Shown here one piece after another: positions 54,173-64,000 of a stretch of 64,000 bases of DNA. Under the pieces are notes generated by a model. The model had not been told where the DNA came from, made no database searches, and was given only the letters and a program-made list of their open reading frames with translations. Position numbers and translations under genes: made by a program. Numbering within the stretch: the stretch's first letter is position 1; every line of letters starts with the position of its first letter. This DNA comes from Callorhinchus milii (lineage: Eukaryota), in the NCBI RefSeq assembly GCF_018977255.1, contig NW_024704747.1:30256001-30320000 (forward strand), in the 5' to 3' direction.

Positions 54173-55474
54173 GTAAGGATGGCTTCACTGAGTTTCTTAT
54201 TTGTAGCTCTCAGTTATTTGTCGCAACGGAAGAGAACGCAAATCAAAATAAAGGAGATATTCCCGTATTGGGGAGAAATCAAATGTGACCTATGAGATTG
54301 CTGTGGATGTTCAATCATTGTCGTCAGAGTTGTTCATCAGGAAGCTCTCTATGGATTTTATCCTCTTTGTGCTATTACCATCTAAACTTTTCATAAAGTC
54401 TATTCTGATGTATTTTACAGCATTTTCTTTGAATTCAGTTTAGCGTCTTCCCTGTTCGGAGGACGTCCCAAAGTGCTTCACAAGATTTATTGCAAAGTGG
54501 AGCGACTGTGTGTTTTGTGGGTGGGTGAACGTTGCAGCCAATTTGCACTACAGCAAGATCCGCAAACAGGGGTGAAGTGAATGATCAATTTTACACGGTT
54601 CAATGTCACACCACCTGAGCCATCAGAGGAGCTAAGCTTTGTTCTGTAAATGAATATGCATCACAATGATGCTGTATGATACCAGTGGACATGTACTTAT
54701 CATCAGATATAATTCATGCAGTGATGGAGGTGCAGTTTTTAAACATCCATTTGAGATTCTGTACTTGTGATATCAATCTTGCTGGTCGCTACACAAAGCT
54801 GCGTTGCCAGTGGGACTTGGGGAAGGAATGTACATGTAGATGTAACTAAAAGGCACTTGTTATTCTATTTATCCAACAACTCATAGATGTTACATCGAGT
54901 CTTGTAAATGTGTCTCTCGTGCATCTGACTGTTGTGACAAAAATAAGATGAGGAAGTGACCTCAACTCTGGGGCAAAGAATAACTTCCCAACAGACAGGT
55001 ATAAGTCATGAAGAAGCCATCTTCCAAGTAATACTTTCAGGAAACCTGTGTCTCACTGTGTAGCCGTCATTGTGTTTGGAAAATTCTATACCTTACTGTG
55101 CACAAAGGGTCTCTGATATTAAGTGGGAGGTGAAGGGTTGGCAGTCAAGTGATGATTGGTTGGCAGTCACGTTTCACCCACAAAATATATACAGTCAATC
55201 CATTTTACAGTGTATTCTGTGAAGCTCTTTGAGACGCCTTGCAGACGTGATATTGCAAGGAATATTATTATTATAATGCTGTTATATTACAATGGAATAG
55301 GTAACACATTTACATAGTGTTGTTTGGTGTTCCTCCTTTTGACAATTAATACATTATTCAGTTTGGGTTTTTTTGTGTTCTTTCAACCTTTGCTCCAGAA
55401 AACAATGAGTTTTTGTATTCATTTATAATGAATAATGTTTATCTGAAGTCACCCACTGCTCCCTGACAATCTAG

Positions 55475-55574
55475 GCAGATCTGCTGCTCACAGCACAGAC
55501 AAGTGATGATTCAGATTCAGACAATCCTAGACCTCCAAGAAGAAAACTTTCCTTTAAGAAAACAACAGACAAAG
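55475..55574 (+). CDS. KCNH7: KCNH7 exon about 12: post-CNBHD, with an RRKLSF PKA-type motif
   Basis: Boundaries ctag|GCA...AAAG|gtaact; 100 nt, phase 0/1. Encodes ADLLLTAQTSDDSDSDNPRPPRRKLSFKKTTDK. Confidence 0.88.
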
Positions 55575-55589
55575 GTAACTTATCTCTCG

Positions 55590-55865
55590 TGATACAACAA
55601 CTACTACATGTAGCGTTTCGGGGCGGAGTCTGACCCCAAGCCAGGGGGAGAGGAAGGGGGGAGGTGACCGTAAGCACGATCAAAACGTAAGGTCTTCAGG
55701 TGGTATTTGAAAGTGGGGAGGAAGGGGGCGAGGCAGAGGATTGAGAGAGAGTTTCAGGGCGTAGTGGCTGATGGCACGGCTACTAATGATGGAGCGGAGG
55801 GGACGAGGGGCAAACAGGAGGCCAGAGCCAGCCGAGCGGAGGTAGTGAGTGGTGGAGTAGGGGGT
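55590..55865 (-). mobile_element. L2 LINE 3' end, directly after KCNH7 exon 12
   Basis: Translates to YLRSAGSGLLFAPRP...RAISHYALKL; tail ends ...AAACGCTACATGTAGTAGTTGTTG. Confidence 0.7.
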
Positions 55866-56253
55866 AAGCAAATCGAGAGGTAATTATACAGTAGAATTAT
55901 AGGTGATTATACAATGTGGGCCTTGAAATCTGAATCAAATACAAGCAAGGAATTTCAATTTAAACATTATAATTCAATGCTGTTCATCCTGCCGGAGTTT
56001 ATCTATTGTTGGAGAAATGAGTTGCTTGTTTAGTCACGATTTCCATTTTGATTGTGATACTGTACAGACAATGACTACACCTTTATCATGGGATTAAATC
56101 TTATTGTCCACTATCTACATATTGAAGGCGATGTATAAAGGTTAAGGTTAGTTTGGGATGTATTAGAAACAATGTGTGGGCTAAATATTTGGTTGATTTT
56201 CCAAGCTGAGACCAGTGAGCCTTGTTGTATTAATACTGTATTTGCTGTCACAG

Positions 56254-56523
56254 ATGATGAGGAAAAAGACAACTCCAGGAACCGTGGAGCATCGCAAGAG
56301 AACTCAAGAGGCAACCGCAAACAATTTCATTCCAAAAAGCGGGATTCGGAAGAGAAACAAAGTGTTTCCTCATCACTCTCTGGCTCAGTGGACGAGGAGA
56401 AGAAACCGCTATGTTCTGGTATATTGGACTATCCCACAGAGATAGAGCAGAGCTGTAGGCTGGTGTTTGCAGAAGGACCCGAACTACAAAATAGAAAAAC
56501 TGAAAGGAGAGGTAGGTTACCAG
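56254..56523 (+). CDS. KCNH7: KCNH7 exon about 13: distal C-terminus (alternative in-frame donor at 56511)
   Basis: Boundaries cacag|AT...CCAG|gtgaga. Encodes ...HSKKRDSEEKQSVSSSLSGSVDEEKKPLCSGILD..., similar to Kv11.3 [27 protein letters not shown] (recalled). Confidence 0.85.
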
Positions 56524-57092
56524 GTGAGATACATGATTCAGGAAACCTGCCGTCAGTCAGTATCATCCTCGAGGCTGAATATTACACAGTAGTCCATATT
56601 GCATCATATATGACTAAAGATGTCATGCAATTAGCTTCCTGGGAAAACCAATCTTTTTAAAAAAAAGTCAAACAGAACAAAACAGTGGTCACCTGTTTCC
56701 CCAAGTGTGCGGTTCTCAGGACTGTGTTCTCACCACAAGCCTCTCTCAATCTTATGGGAGGAATTTAGTTATAACATATTTAGTCTATACATTAATTGGG
56801 ATGCTGAGAAATGCACACATTAAAGGCTACAGGTCTTAAAATAGATAACATGTGGATAAATAATGATCTGTGTTATCGAATGTTTATGTGCTTATTTGAA
56901 AGCACAATGCATTTATGAAAACCATCAAATTCCAGTGGAATTCAACTTGGAATAAAGAAACTCTGGGTGAAAATGCAGTGTTTCAATAACAGATCTGAAG
57001 TGATGATTACCACATAGAATGTGGTTTGACCCATTGCATTTTTGTACCGGATTGTGATAACAGAAAATGTGTTGTTTTAGGGATCTTTTCAG

Positions 57093-57264
57093 ATGTCAGT
57101 GATGGACTGAAAGAGTGGGAGAGCGGGAAGCCAGCCGAATACCCTGATATGTCCACACAGTCAGCCTCTTCTCACGCAGCACGGGGTGTCTCGGAGACGG
57201 AGAGTGATATAACCTATGGAGATGTGGAGCACAGACTAGATGTACTTCAGGAACAACTCAACAG
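57093..57264 (+). CDS. KCNH7: KCNH7 exon about 14: start of the tetramerising coiled coil (alternative in-frame acceptor at 57081)
   Basis: Boundaries ttttcag|AT...AACAG|gtatat. Encodes DVSDGLKEWE...GVSETESDITYGDVEHRLDVLQEQLN(R). Confidence 0.88.
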
Positions 57265-57500
57265 GTATATCCATCCCACGAATGGGAAAAGGCACGTTGA
57301 GGAACAAGGTTCCAGTGGGTACATAATAATAACAATAATACCTGCCTTATCACATCGTTGAGACGTCCCAAAATGCTTCACAGAATACACTGTGAAGTGG
57401 ATTGACTGTGTATTTCGTGGACAAAACGCGGCAACAAATAATTGGTGTAGAGTATATAAAACAGTGACAATTGAATGTGAATCTTCCCCAATGTTTCTAG

Positions 57501-57693
57501 GCTGGAAACGCAAATGACGACTGATATCCACACCATCTTGCAGTTGCTGCAAAGGCATTCCCTGTCGGGACCTCCTGCTTACAGCACGGTAACAGCCACA
57601 ACAGACTACCGCAGACCAAACACCAGGGTCATCCAAACAATTCAACCAGTAACTTCGAGAACCACAGATCACTGCTTCACATCAACACCACAG
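57501..57693 (+). CDS. KCNH7: KCNH7 exon about 15: end of the coiled coil, PPAY motif
   Basis: Boundaries ttctag|G...CCACAG|gtaaag; 193 nt, phase 2/0. Encodes LETQMTTDIHTILQLLQRHSLSGPPAYSTVTA... Confidence 0.93.
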
Positions 57694-57917
57694 GTAAAGA
57701 GACATCATTGTGCCTAGTCCTGGACAAACCTTCTTTAAACCCGGCGGTGATGTACTCGATCTAGTCAACAGAGGCAAAATGGAGACATTCTGATGAACCA
57801 CCTCACTAGTTTCAGCCTAGAATCTGCCGGATTATTTACTGAAATCTCATTCATACTAAACCCATCTCTTTCCAAAAATCCTACTCCAGATTTCTGCTTC
57901 CTTTTTTCCCCTTTTAG

Positions 57918-58187
57918 AATCCACAATTTTTAGACTTTGAAAAACCCAACCTGAAATCCAAAGAATCACTTTCCAGTGGGGTTCACCCGAACACAGCGTC
58001 AGAAGACAATTTCGCCAGCTTTTTGGACCAGGAACAAGAACAGAAATCACGGTTCCAACAACAAGAACAATCCAAATCTTACCTGCATCCAACCAGATAT
58101 CCTTCCCTCCCAAGCTCTTCAGTGAGCACCATGGGACAGCTGGGTATCCACAGACATTTGTCTGATCCTGGGCTTCCTGGCAAATAG
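57918..58187 (+). CDS. KCNH7: KCNH7 terminal coding exon (about 16) with the stop codon
   Basis: Boundaries ttttag|AAT...AAA TAG; 270 nt. Encodes [31 protein letters not shown]...[14 protein letters not shown], the ERG C-terminal HRHxSDPG motif. Confidence 0.95.
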   Translation, partial: NPQFLDFEKPNLKSKESLSSGVHPNTASEDNFASFLDQEQEQKSRFQQQEQSKSYLHPTRYPSLPSSSVSTMGQLGIHRHLSDPGLPGK

Positions 58188-61100
58188 CCAATTGATCCTG
58201 TTGCGGTTCAGTAGATTTTCTGCTTTCAGTAGCTTTACGAATAGCATCCTCCATATTTGACTCAGGGGTCTACAATGATACTGTCCATATGCAAAAGCAC
58301 TGTAGATTCACATCAGCTCTGAGCTCACAATGTTTGAAGTTCCTCTTTGATGAAAATGAAAGCTTCGTTAAGAATAGAGTATGTTTAAAAACGTCACACT
58401 GCCAGTAATCTAAGGCACCTTAATTGATAGTAAACCTTTAAAAAAATGCATGCTGTTACATTTGGTTTCTGTGTTGCATGAATTTAGTTTGAATTCATGG
58501 GGGATTGGGGTGGGTGGGAGAGAGAGAGAGAGAAAATGGTGACTGTCCACCCAAGTCTGGTCAGATGGAGGCTGGCAGTTCTGGTCTGAACTAGATATAA
58601 TTACTTGAACTAAACAGCTATTGCAAGCACATTGAGCACAAGGCTCTTCTAATAAGCAGGAACTGTACATTTTGTGCTTAAAATAGCAGCTTGACCATTC
58701 ACTAATCTTACTTTCTCACTTTTTTTTATTTTTCCTCCAATACTTGCTATTCTATGAAGGGATGGGAAAATACAATTGAATCTTCATAATGAAGAACAAT
58801 GAAAATCTGAACTGCATTACGGAAATATAGTAATATAGTTGTGGCCTGAAATACAAATGTTCAACTCATCTCTCGACTTCAGAGTGAGTTGACAGGCTCA
58901 CTTTAACACTGTTTATTGAACGTCCGTAAGTCTAAAATGCAATATGCATTTTTGTGTATCTGGCACTCGGCTCACATGGTAACATTTCTGTGCTTATTAA
59001 GTCCACACCTGATGCATATTCACAATTCCTTAATTCAATTGACGAGACATTGAGTGAGGCAATTTAATTAATTTAACCGGATTCAAATGAATTTGTTCTT
59101 TCAAATTCAGTTTTCAATTAATACCATTTAGTCTTAGGAACATTGACGGATAGGAGAGGCACATTTCTTTTTGATTTCAAAAGGCCAAGTTTAAAATGAT
59201 GGAAAATACAAAACACTCCATAAATCTATTAACATATCGAAACCATTAATTGAGGTGTACGTAAAACATGGGCCAGTCTTGAAATTATTGCTACAAGCCA
59301 ACAAAAAAGAAAAACAGCTTTTTCATAGATCATTATTCAAACATCCAAAGCAATTTGACTAGACCATACTTAACCTTAAACATAAACTAAATAAAAGTGC
59401 ATCCCAGTGCCGAAATTGCATCAAGTTAAATAATGTTCTAATCCCCATATATTTTCATTGGCTGTTAACATAAATACAGTGCTAATGTGTAAGCGGTCAC
59501 TGTGTAGTTGTGAATACAATACAATACAAAATGGATAACTGAGGAGTACAGAATCATATACGGTATAAGACCTGACAATACACTCTGAATCAATTCATTT
59601 TGCGAATTTGTTCATAATACTAGTATAATTGTCCAGAATGTTTAGATTTAAATGATGTTTCAATGCTACATCTAGTACATTTGAGGACATTTATCAGTAT
59701 TGAGGGCGCTCTATTATTCCACATAATAAATGAGTAAGTAACTTACTTTTATATTTTATCACAAAACAGTGTCTGCAGTATATGAGCCACTGTAGTTAAA
59801 GGTGTTTACATACTCATGAAAAACATATATAGCAAACCTTTTATCATTGCCCATTGTATCAAACACGATTGCATCATTTGCATGTGGCATCATAATGAAA
59901 TTAATGCACGACTCTTCTCATTCACCAAACAGGTTTTGCTAAATGCTTTTTGTGAAAATAGAGCCTCTTAATTTAGGAACCCAAAGCAGTAAAGACCATT
60001 TTGATTTCACACACCAGCTGAACACAAATGTTAAATAGACAGGATCTTTGAGTTTTACACCATGTGCAGATTGCCATCTTAAACCTTTCTTGCAATCTTT
60101 TAAGGACCTTTCTCAATTGGTCTGCTCGACTACATTTCCCCCACAAAATACACAATCACTACATTTTAAAGTATATTCTGTGAAGCGCTTTAAGACGTCT
60201 CAAGGATGTGATAAGTCGCTATATCAAATGCAAGGATTATTAATGGCTTGCTACCATGTGATCCCAACCAGATGTACTCAAATTTGTACTGCAGATTTGT
60301 CATTTTTTGTGACATGTTCATAAAATATTTTGTGAAGGAACAATATCCCCGATCTGCATTATTTTATTTTACTTATTTTATTTTGGAGTGAAAAACTATT
60401 TAATGCAAAATGTGTCGCTTGTTGCTTGTTTCTTGCTGTAAAACAGTCAAACTTTCAATTTGCACAATTTCAATTTTTACTCGGAAATTTTTGCAAATAT
60501 TGTAAATAATCATACGTTGATGAAATATAATAGTGCAGAAAGGAATGACATTTGGTTGTGGGGGGGGGGGGCGGCGGGGGGGGGGGGGGGAGAATAGTTT
60601 GATACCATACACAAGAATTAGAAGATGTAGAATGTTTGTAAAAAAAACAAAAAATAAAAAAAATTGCTACAGCAAGAACCAGAGTCCAGTTCTTGAAAGC
60701 ATCCGTACAAGTAGGCATTACGTTGTTCTTGTTGGTAATATAAGAGCTTAACAGGTATGGTTGTCTTTTAAATATGCCTTTGTCGAAAATACTGGACTGT
60801 ATATTTTAGCACAAAATTTCATACCGGTATAGTTTTAGACAGTTTCCAAACACTCACGTTTACTGTAAGACAAAAAAGTGCAAAGTGATGTTCTCTCAAA
60901 CGTTCATAACTTGGGCTTTTTGCGCGTTAGCAAAATGCCCCTTTCATCTTCTGGTATTTATAAAATGGAAAATTCAACCTTCTGACAATTTTGTTCTGTG
61001 AAGTGTAAACGCATAACTATTTTTAAGCGTTTATAAAGCCACCCACTGTATACTAGGTTTTGTACAATGTAACACTATATACTATGCTTATTTTTGAATG

Positions 61101-61977
61101 TTTCCGGTTTGTTCACAGCTATACAATGTGCATCAATACCATTTGGAAAAATGACCTTTTATTATGTTAATGCTACAAATAAATGACATGAGTACAGATG
61201 AATGACAAGTTATAGATATATTTTTTAAAGATGAGAATCACTATTGTGTGGGAATTTATTTCGCTTAACGTAAGCTGTGAACCCAGAAAAATAATTGTGA
61301 GGTTAAAATGGTTGTCAACCCAAACACTAGGATGTTTATCTGATGTGTGATCCTGAGAGGGCAGCACGACGGGGATAAGGGGTACATTGTTTGCAGTTCA
61401 TACCGCAAATTTCTCTTGAAGACAAAAATACACCTGGATCTGAATATTTGTAATTTTATTTTATTGCAATGACAATGTATCCAGCATTAACTAGAAAGGA
61501 AAAGATTCTCATTACATGGTGAAAAAGCAGTATGAAAATGTGGAAAAAATATAAAATTGATTTTTTAAAAAAACTGCAAATGGAAGTGCCAGTCAAATGC
61601 AAAGTGACGTTTTGTTCACAAAATTGATTCATATTAATTTGGTTACATCATACACTACAGTAATAGTTGGCATCTAAAAACCTAAAACGTTTGTAATAAA
61701 CTACACAAAATTCCTAGAGGTGCAACAGCAGCAAAGCTATTTACCTGTAAACTAATATGGTGCAAGCTAGTAAAAGCAATTTGGCAAGTGACAGCATAAC
61801 AAATTGTGTACACATCATAAAATCCCACTTCCTTTTTTATTTTACATAAAAAAAGAAAAATGTACAAAACGACTAAACGAGTATGCAGTTTGAGCAGGTT
61901 CCGTCTCTCCTCAGAGCAATATAAATCACTGGTTTCAATCCATCATCAGTCTCTGAATAGCGGCTGCCACTTGGTGC
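58188..61977. other. Convergent 3' UTR and intergenic interval shared by KCNH7 (+) and GCA (-)
   Basis: Lies between the two stop codons. AATAAA on + at 59390, 59725, 60653 and 61178; on - at 61158-63, 61255-60 and 61455-65. Confidence 0.7.
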
Positions 61978-62004
61978 TTAAATGGACATGGTGCATTGGA
62001 TAAA
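61978..62004 (-). CDS. GCA: Grancalcin last coding exon with the stop codon
   Basis: ttgtag|TTT ATC CAA TGC ACC ATG TCC ATT TAA = FIQCTMSI*, the typical PEF-family C-terminus. Confidence 0.9.
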   Translation of the reverse strand, partial: FIQCTMSI

Positions 62005-62394
62005 CTACAACAGGGAAACAGGATAAAACAATTAACACTCTACACAAACAATTACTTTAGCAGTAAGGCTACTTTGAAAACCAGCAAAATAGATCATGTT
62101 ATACTAATTTAGATAATTTCTGTTTATAGTATGATTATGTTCTAAACTTTTATATGACTCTTGGGAAACAGTCAAACTTGCTTTTGTAACAGTTTTATGA
62201 AATATATTGGTAAAATATATAGAGATGTTCATAATGCTGTGTTAGATTTAGTCCTGCGACAAAACTTCAAAGAAATTAACATTAGAACTGGTGCCAACTT
62301 TGTTAACCCACCCATTTCTAGCTTGCATAACCCATTCAGTTTAGAAACAGATGTATTGCAATAAAACTTCAACGTTAGACTTCAGTTTACTTAC

Positions 62395-62453
62395 ATCATC
62401 ATAGCCAAAATTCACATAGCCTTGCTGCAGACTGTCTCTTCGTCTGAAAGCAT
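62395..62453 (-). CDS. GCA: Grancalcin exon, EF-hand 5
   Basis: Boundaries ttacag|AT...GAT|gtaagt; 59 nt. Encodes (D)AFRRRDSLQQGYVNFGYDD. Confidence 0.92.
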
Positions 62454-62898
62454 CTGTAACAAAGAAAATGTTTAATTTCTAATAAAACAAACATTTTCTA
62501 CTTGGGTTGAAGAAAACGACCCGTTGACACATGCGCACTTCTGAATTGCATTGAATCATGAGAAAGGTTGTTGGTGATCCATGCACACAAGAACTTAATT
62601 GCCCGCAAACCAATGCTTGAGCATTCAGCGACAGGTCAAGATGCTTTGAATCACAGGAAACCCAGTCTTGACCCATCACCGCATGCTCACTTACTGCACT
62701 GAATTACACATGCAGTGTAGCTTGATTAAACACGCCTAACACAAGTTTGCCTGCAACTCTGATTTGCGCAAGTGTTATGGTCCTGACTGATACGACTTGA
62801 GTTTTACCCTATTAGTAAAATGTCAACTTCTGCAACTGCCATTAAAAATTACAATTAGAACCAAGTATTTCTAGAAAGATACAAACAGTAAAACATAC

Positions 62899-63012
62899 CT
62901 GTAACTGCTCTTAATTTCACACAGCAGGCAACATAGTCATCAAAATAAGTCTTTCCGTCCTTGCAGTAGCGTTTTATAATCCCACTGATAGCTTGAGGAC
63001 TTAGCCGGTATC
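62899..63012 (-). CDS. GCA: Grancalcin exon, EF-hand 4
   Basis: Boundaries gctag|GA...ACAG|gtatgt; 114 nt. Encodes YRLSPQAISGIIKRYCKDGKTYFDDYVACCVKLRAVT. Confidence 0.92.
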
Positions 63013-63309
63013 CTAGCAAGCCCCAAAATAAACAGTTTTCAGTATGCAGCTGAGACTGGTCTCAATCATATAGAGCATTTCAGAGACTACAACAGTTACC
63101 ACAGAAAATACACGTACATTAGATTTAGTTTATAGACGAAGATTTTGAAAAATAATTCTACTCAAGATGTTTGGATTAGTTTTAATATAAAGTTTATACT
63201 AGTAATTCATTTCTAAGTTTATGAACTTTTCTTCCCCCCCACCCCAATATTCTCTCTCTTTTCCATTTTAACATCCTGAATATTTAAGAAAGCCAACTGT
63301 TCCACTTAC

Positions 63310-63457
63310 CCATTGATACGATCGCTTGGCCAAGCTCCAGAGGCTCCACAGTCCCACTCTTGTCCTGGTCGTACATCATGAAGTTCTGTTTCCAACCGTT
63401 CAACGCTACCCACAGCTCTTTGAACTCATTGAAGCCCATTTTCCCAGTCATATCTCT
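63310..63457 (-). CDS. GCA: Grancalcin (penta-EF-hand) internal exon, EF-hands 2-3
   Basis: Boundaries tttcag|AGA...ATGG|gtaagt on the - strand; 148 nt. Encodes [49 protein letters not shown](G). GCA is preferred over sorcin because of synteny with KCNH7. Confidence 0.9.
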
Positions 63458-64000
63458 CTGAAATGCTCAGGTTAAGAATACTTTTTTGTTGCTTGTGTAT
63501 AATTAACAGCTGCAATTATTTTCCCCAAATTTGTTTTCAGGCAGTGCAACACTAGATTGTGCACAATACTATATCTCCTAACCCAAGGTAATATGAATTT
63601 GAATCAACATAAGTAACTATTGGAAGTTTTTTAAATTAGTTTGCAAGTATGTGCCCATAAAATACCTCTATTGTTGTTTTCAGGTTCTATTTAAAAACAT
63701 CTGCATAATATAAAATAGAATGGTATTTTAGATGAAAATCATTTCCAATATTTTCCTGCTCCTCCTAAAAATGTTCATTCTGATCGCTGATAACTCCATT
63801 GGATCCTTATTTGAACATTTTTTATTTTATCAACAGACAACATTCAATAACATTCCTAAACTAAAGATTGTAATTTGCTGGTTAGACCCCAGTAGTTACC
63901 CCAACCCAACACTATGGGCTCCCCCCAAGCTTTAGCTCTTGCCAACCTGTGCCTAATACTCTCCGGAATTAGGTAAGCAGGGTGGGCCCCTCCGAGAGAG

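Noticed and set aside
50032-58254. Antisense ORFs over KCNH7 exons (for example 50319-50507, 57247-57672, 57856-58254)
   Set aside because: Expected shadow frames of coding exons, with no recognisable protein or splice structure.
61978-63457. Sorcin (SRI) as the identity of the - strand gene
   Set aside because: The sequence fits the PEF family generally, but FDDYVACCVKLRA.TD, the TM.I* ending and adjacency to KCNH7 favour GCA. A phylogeny would settle it.

Overview
Vertebrate genomic DNA, AT-rich and retroelement-rich. The SINE, CR1 and L2 content suggests a cartilaginous fish such as the elephant shark (inference). The window starts inside a long intron of KCNH7 (ERG3/Kv11.3 potassium channel, + strand). 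It holds 14 coding exons (about exons 3-16, 13556-58187) that splice in frame at GT-AG boundaries up to the stop codon (...SDPGLPGK*). The exons encoding the PAS cap and PAS core lie upstream of the window. Facing it on the - strand are the last four coding exons of grancalcin (GCA, penta-EF-hand family; 63457->61978), the same tail-to-tail order as human GCA/KCNH7. The introns carry about 40 copies or fragments of one tRNA-headed, L2-tailed SINE, one older full-length DeuSINE, CR1 and L2 LINE relics, six copies of a repeat I cannot classify, microsatellites and a 407-nt N gap. Almost all ORFs in the supplied track are spurious or come from repeats. I see no wholly new biological system. The best leads are regulatory: a 21-nt microexon flanked by UGC and UGCAUG motifs, in-frame tandem donors and acceptors around one intron, possible intronic-polyadenylation isoforms, nearly touching KCNH7/GCA 3' ends, a probable U12-type intron in GCA, and modular SINE evolution.
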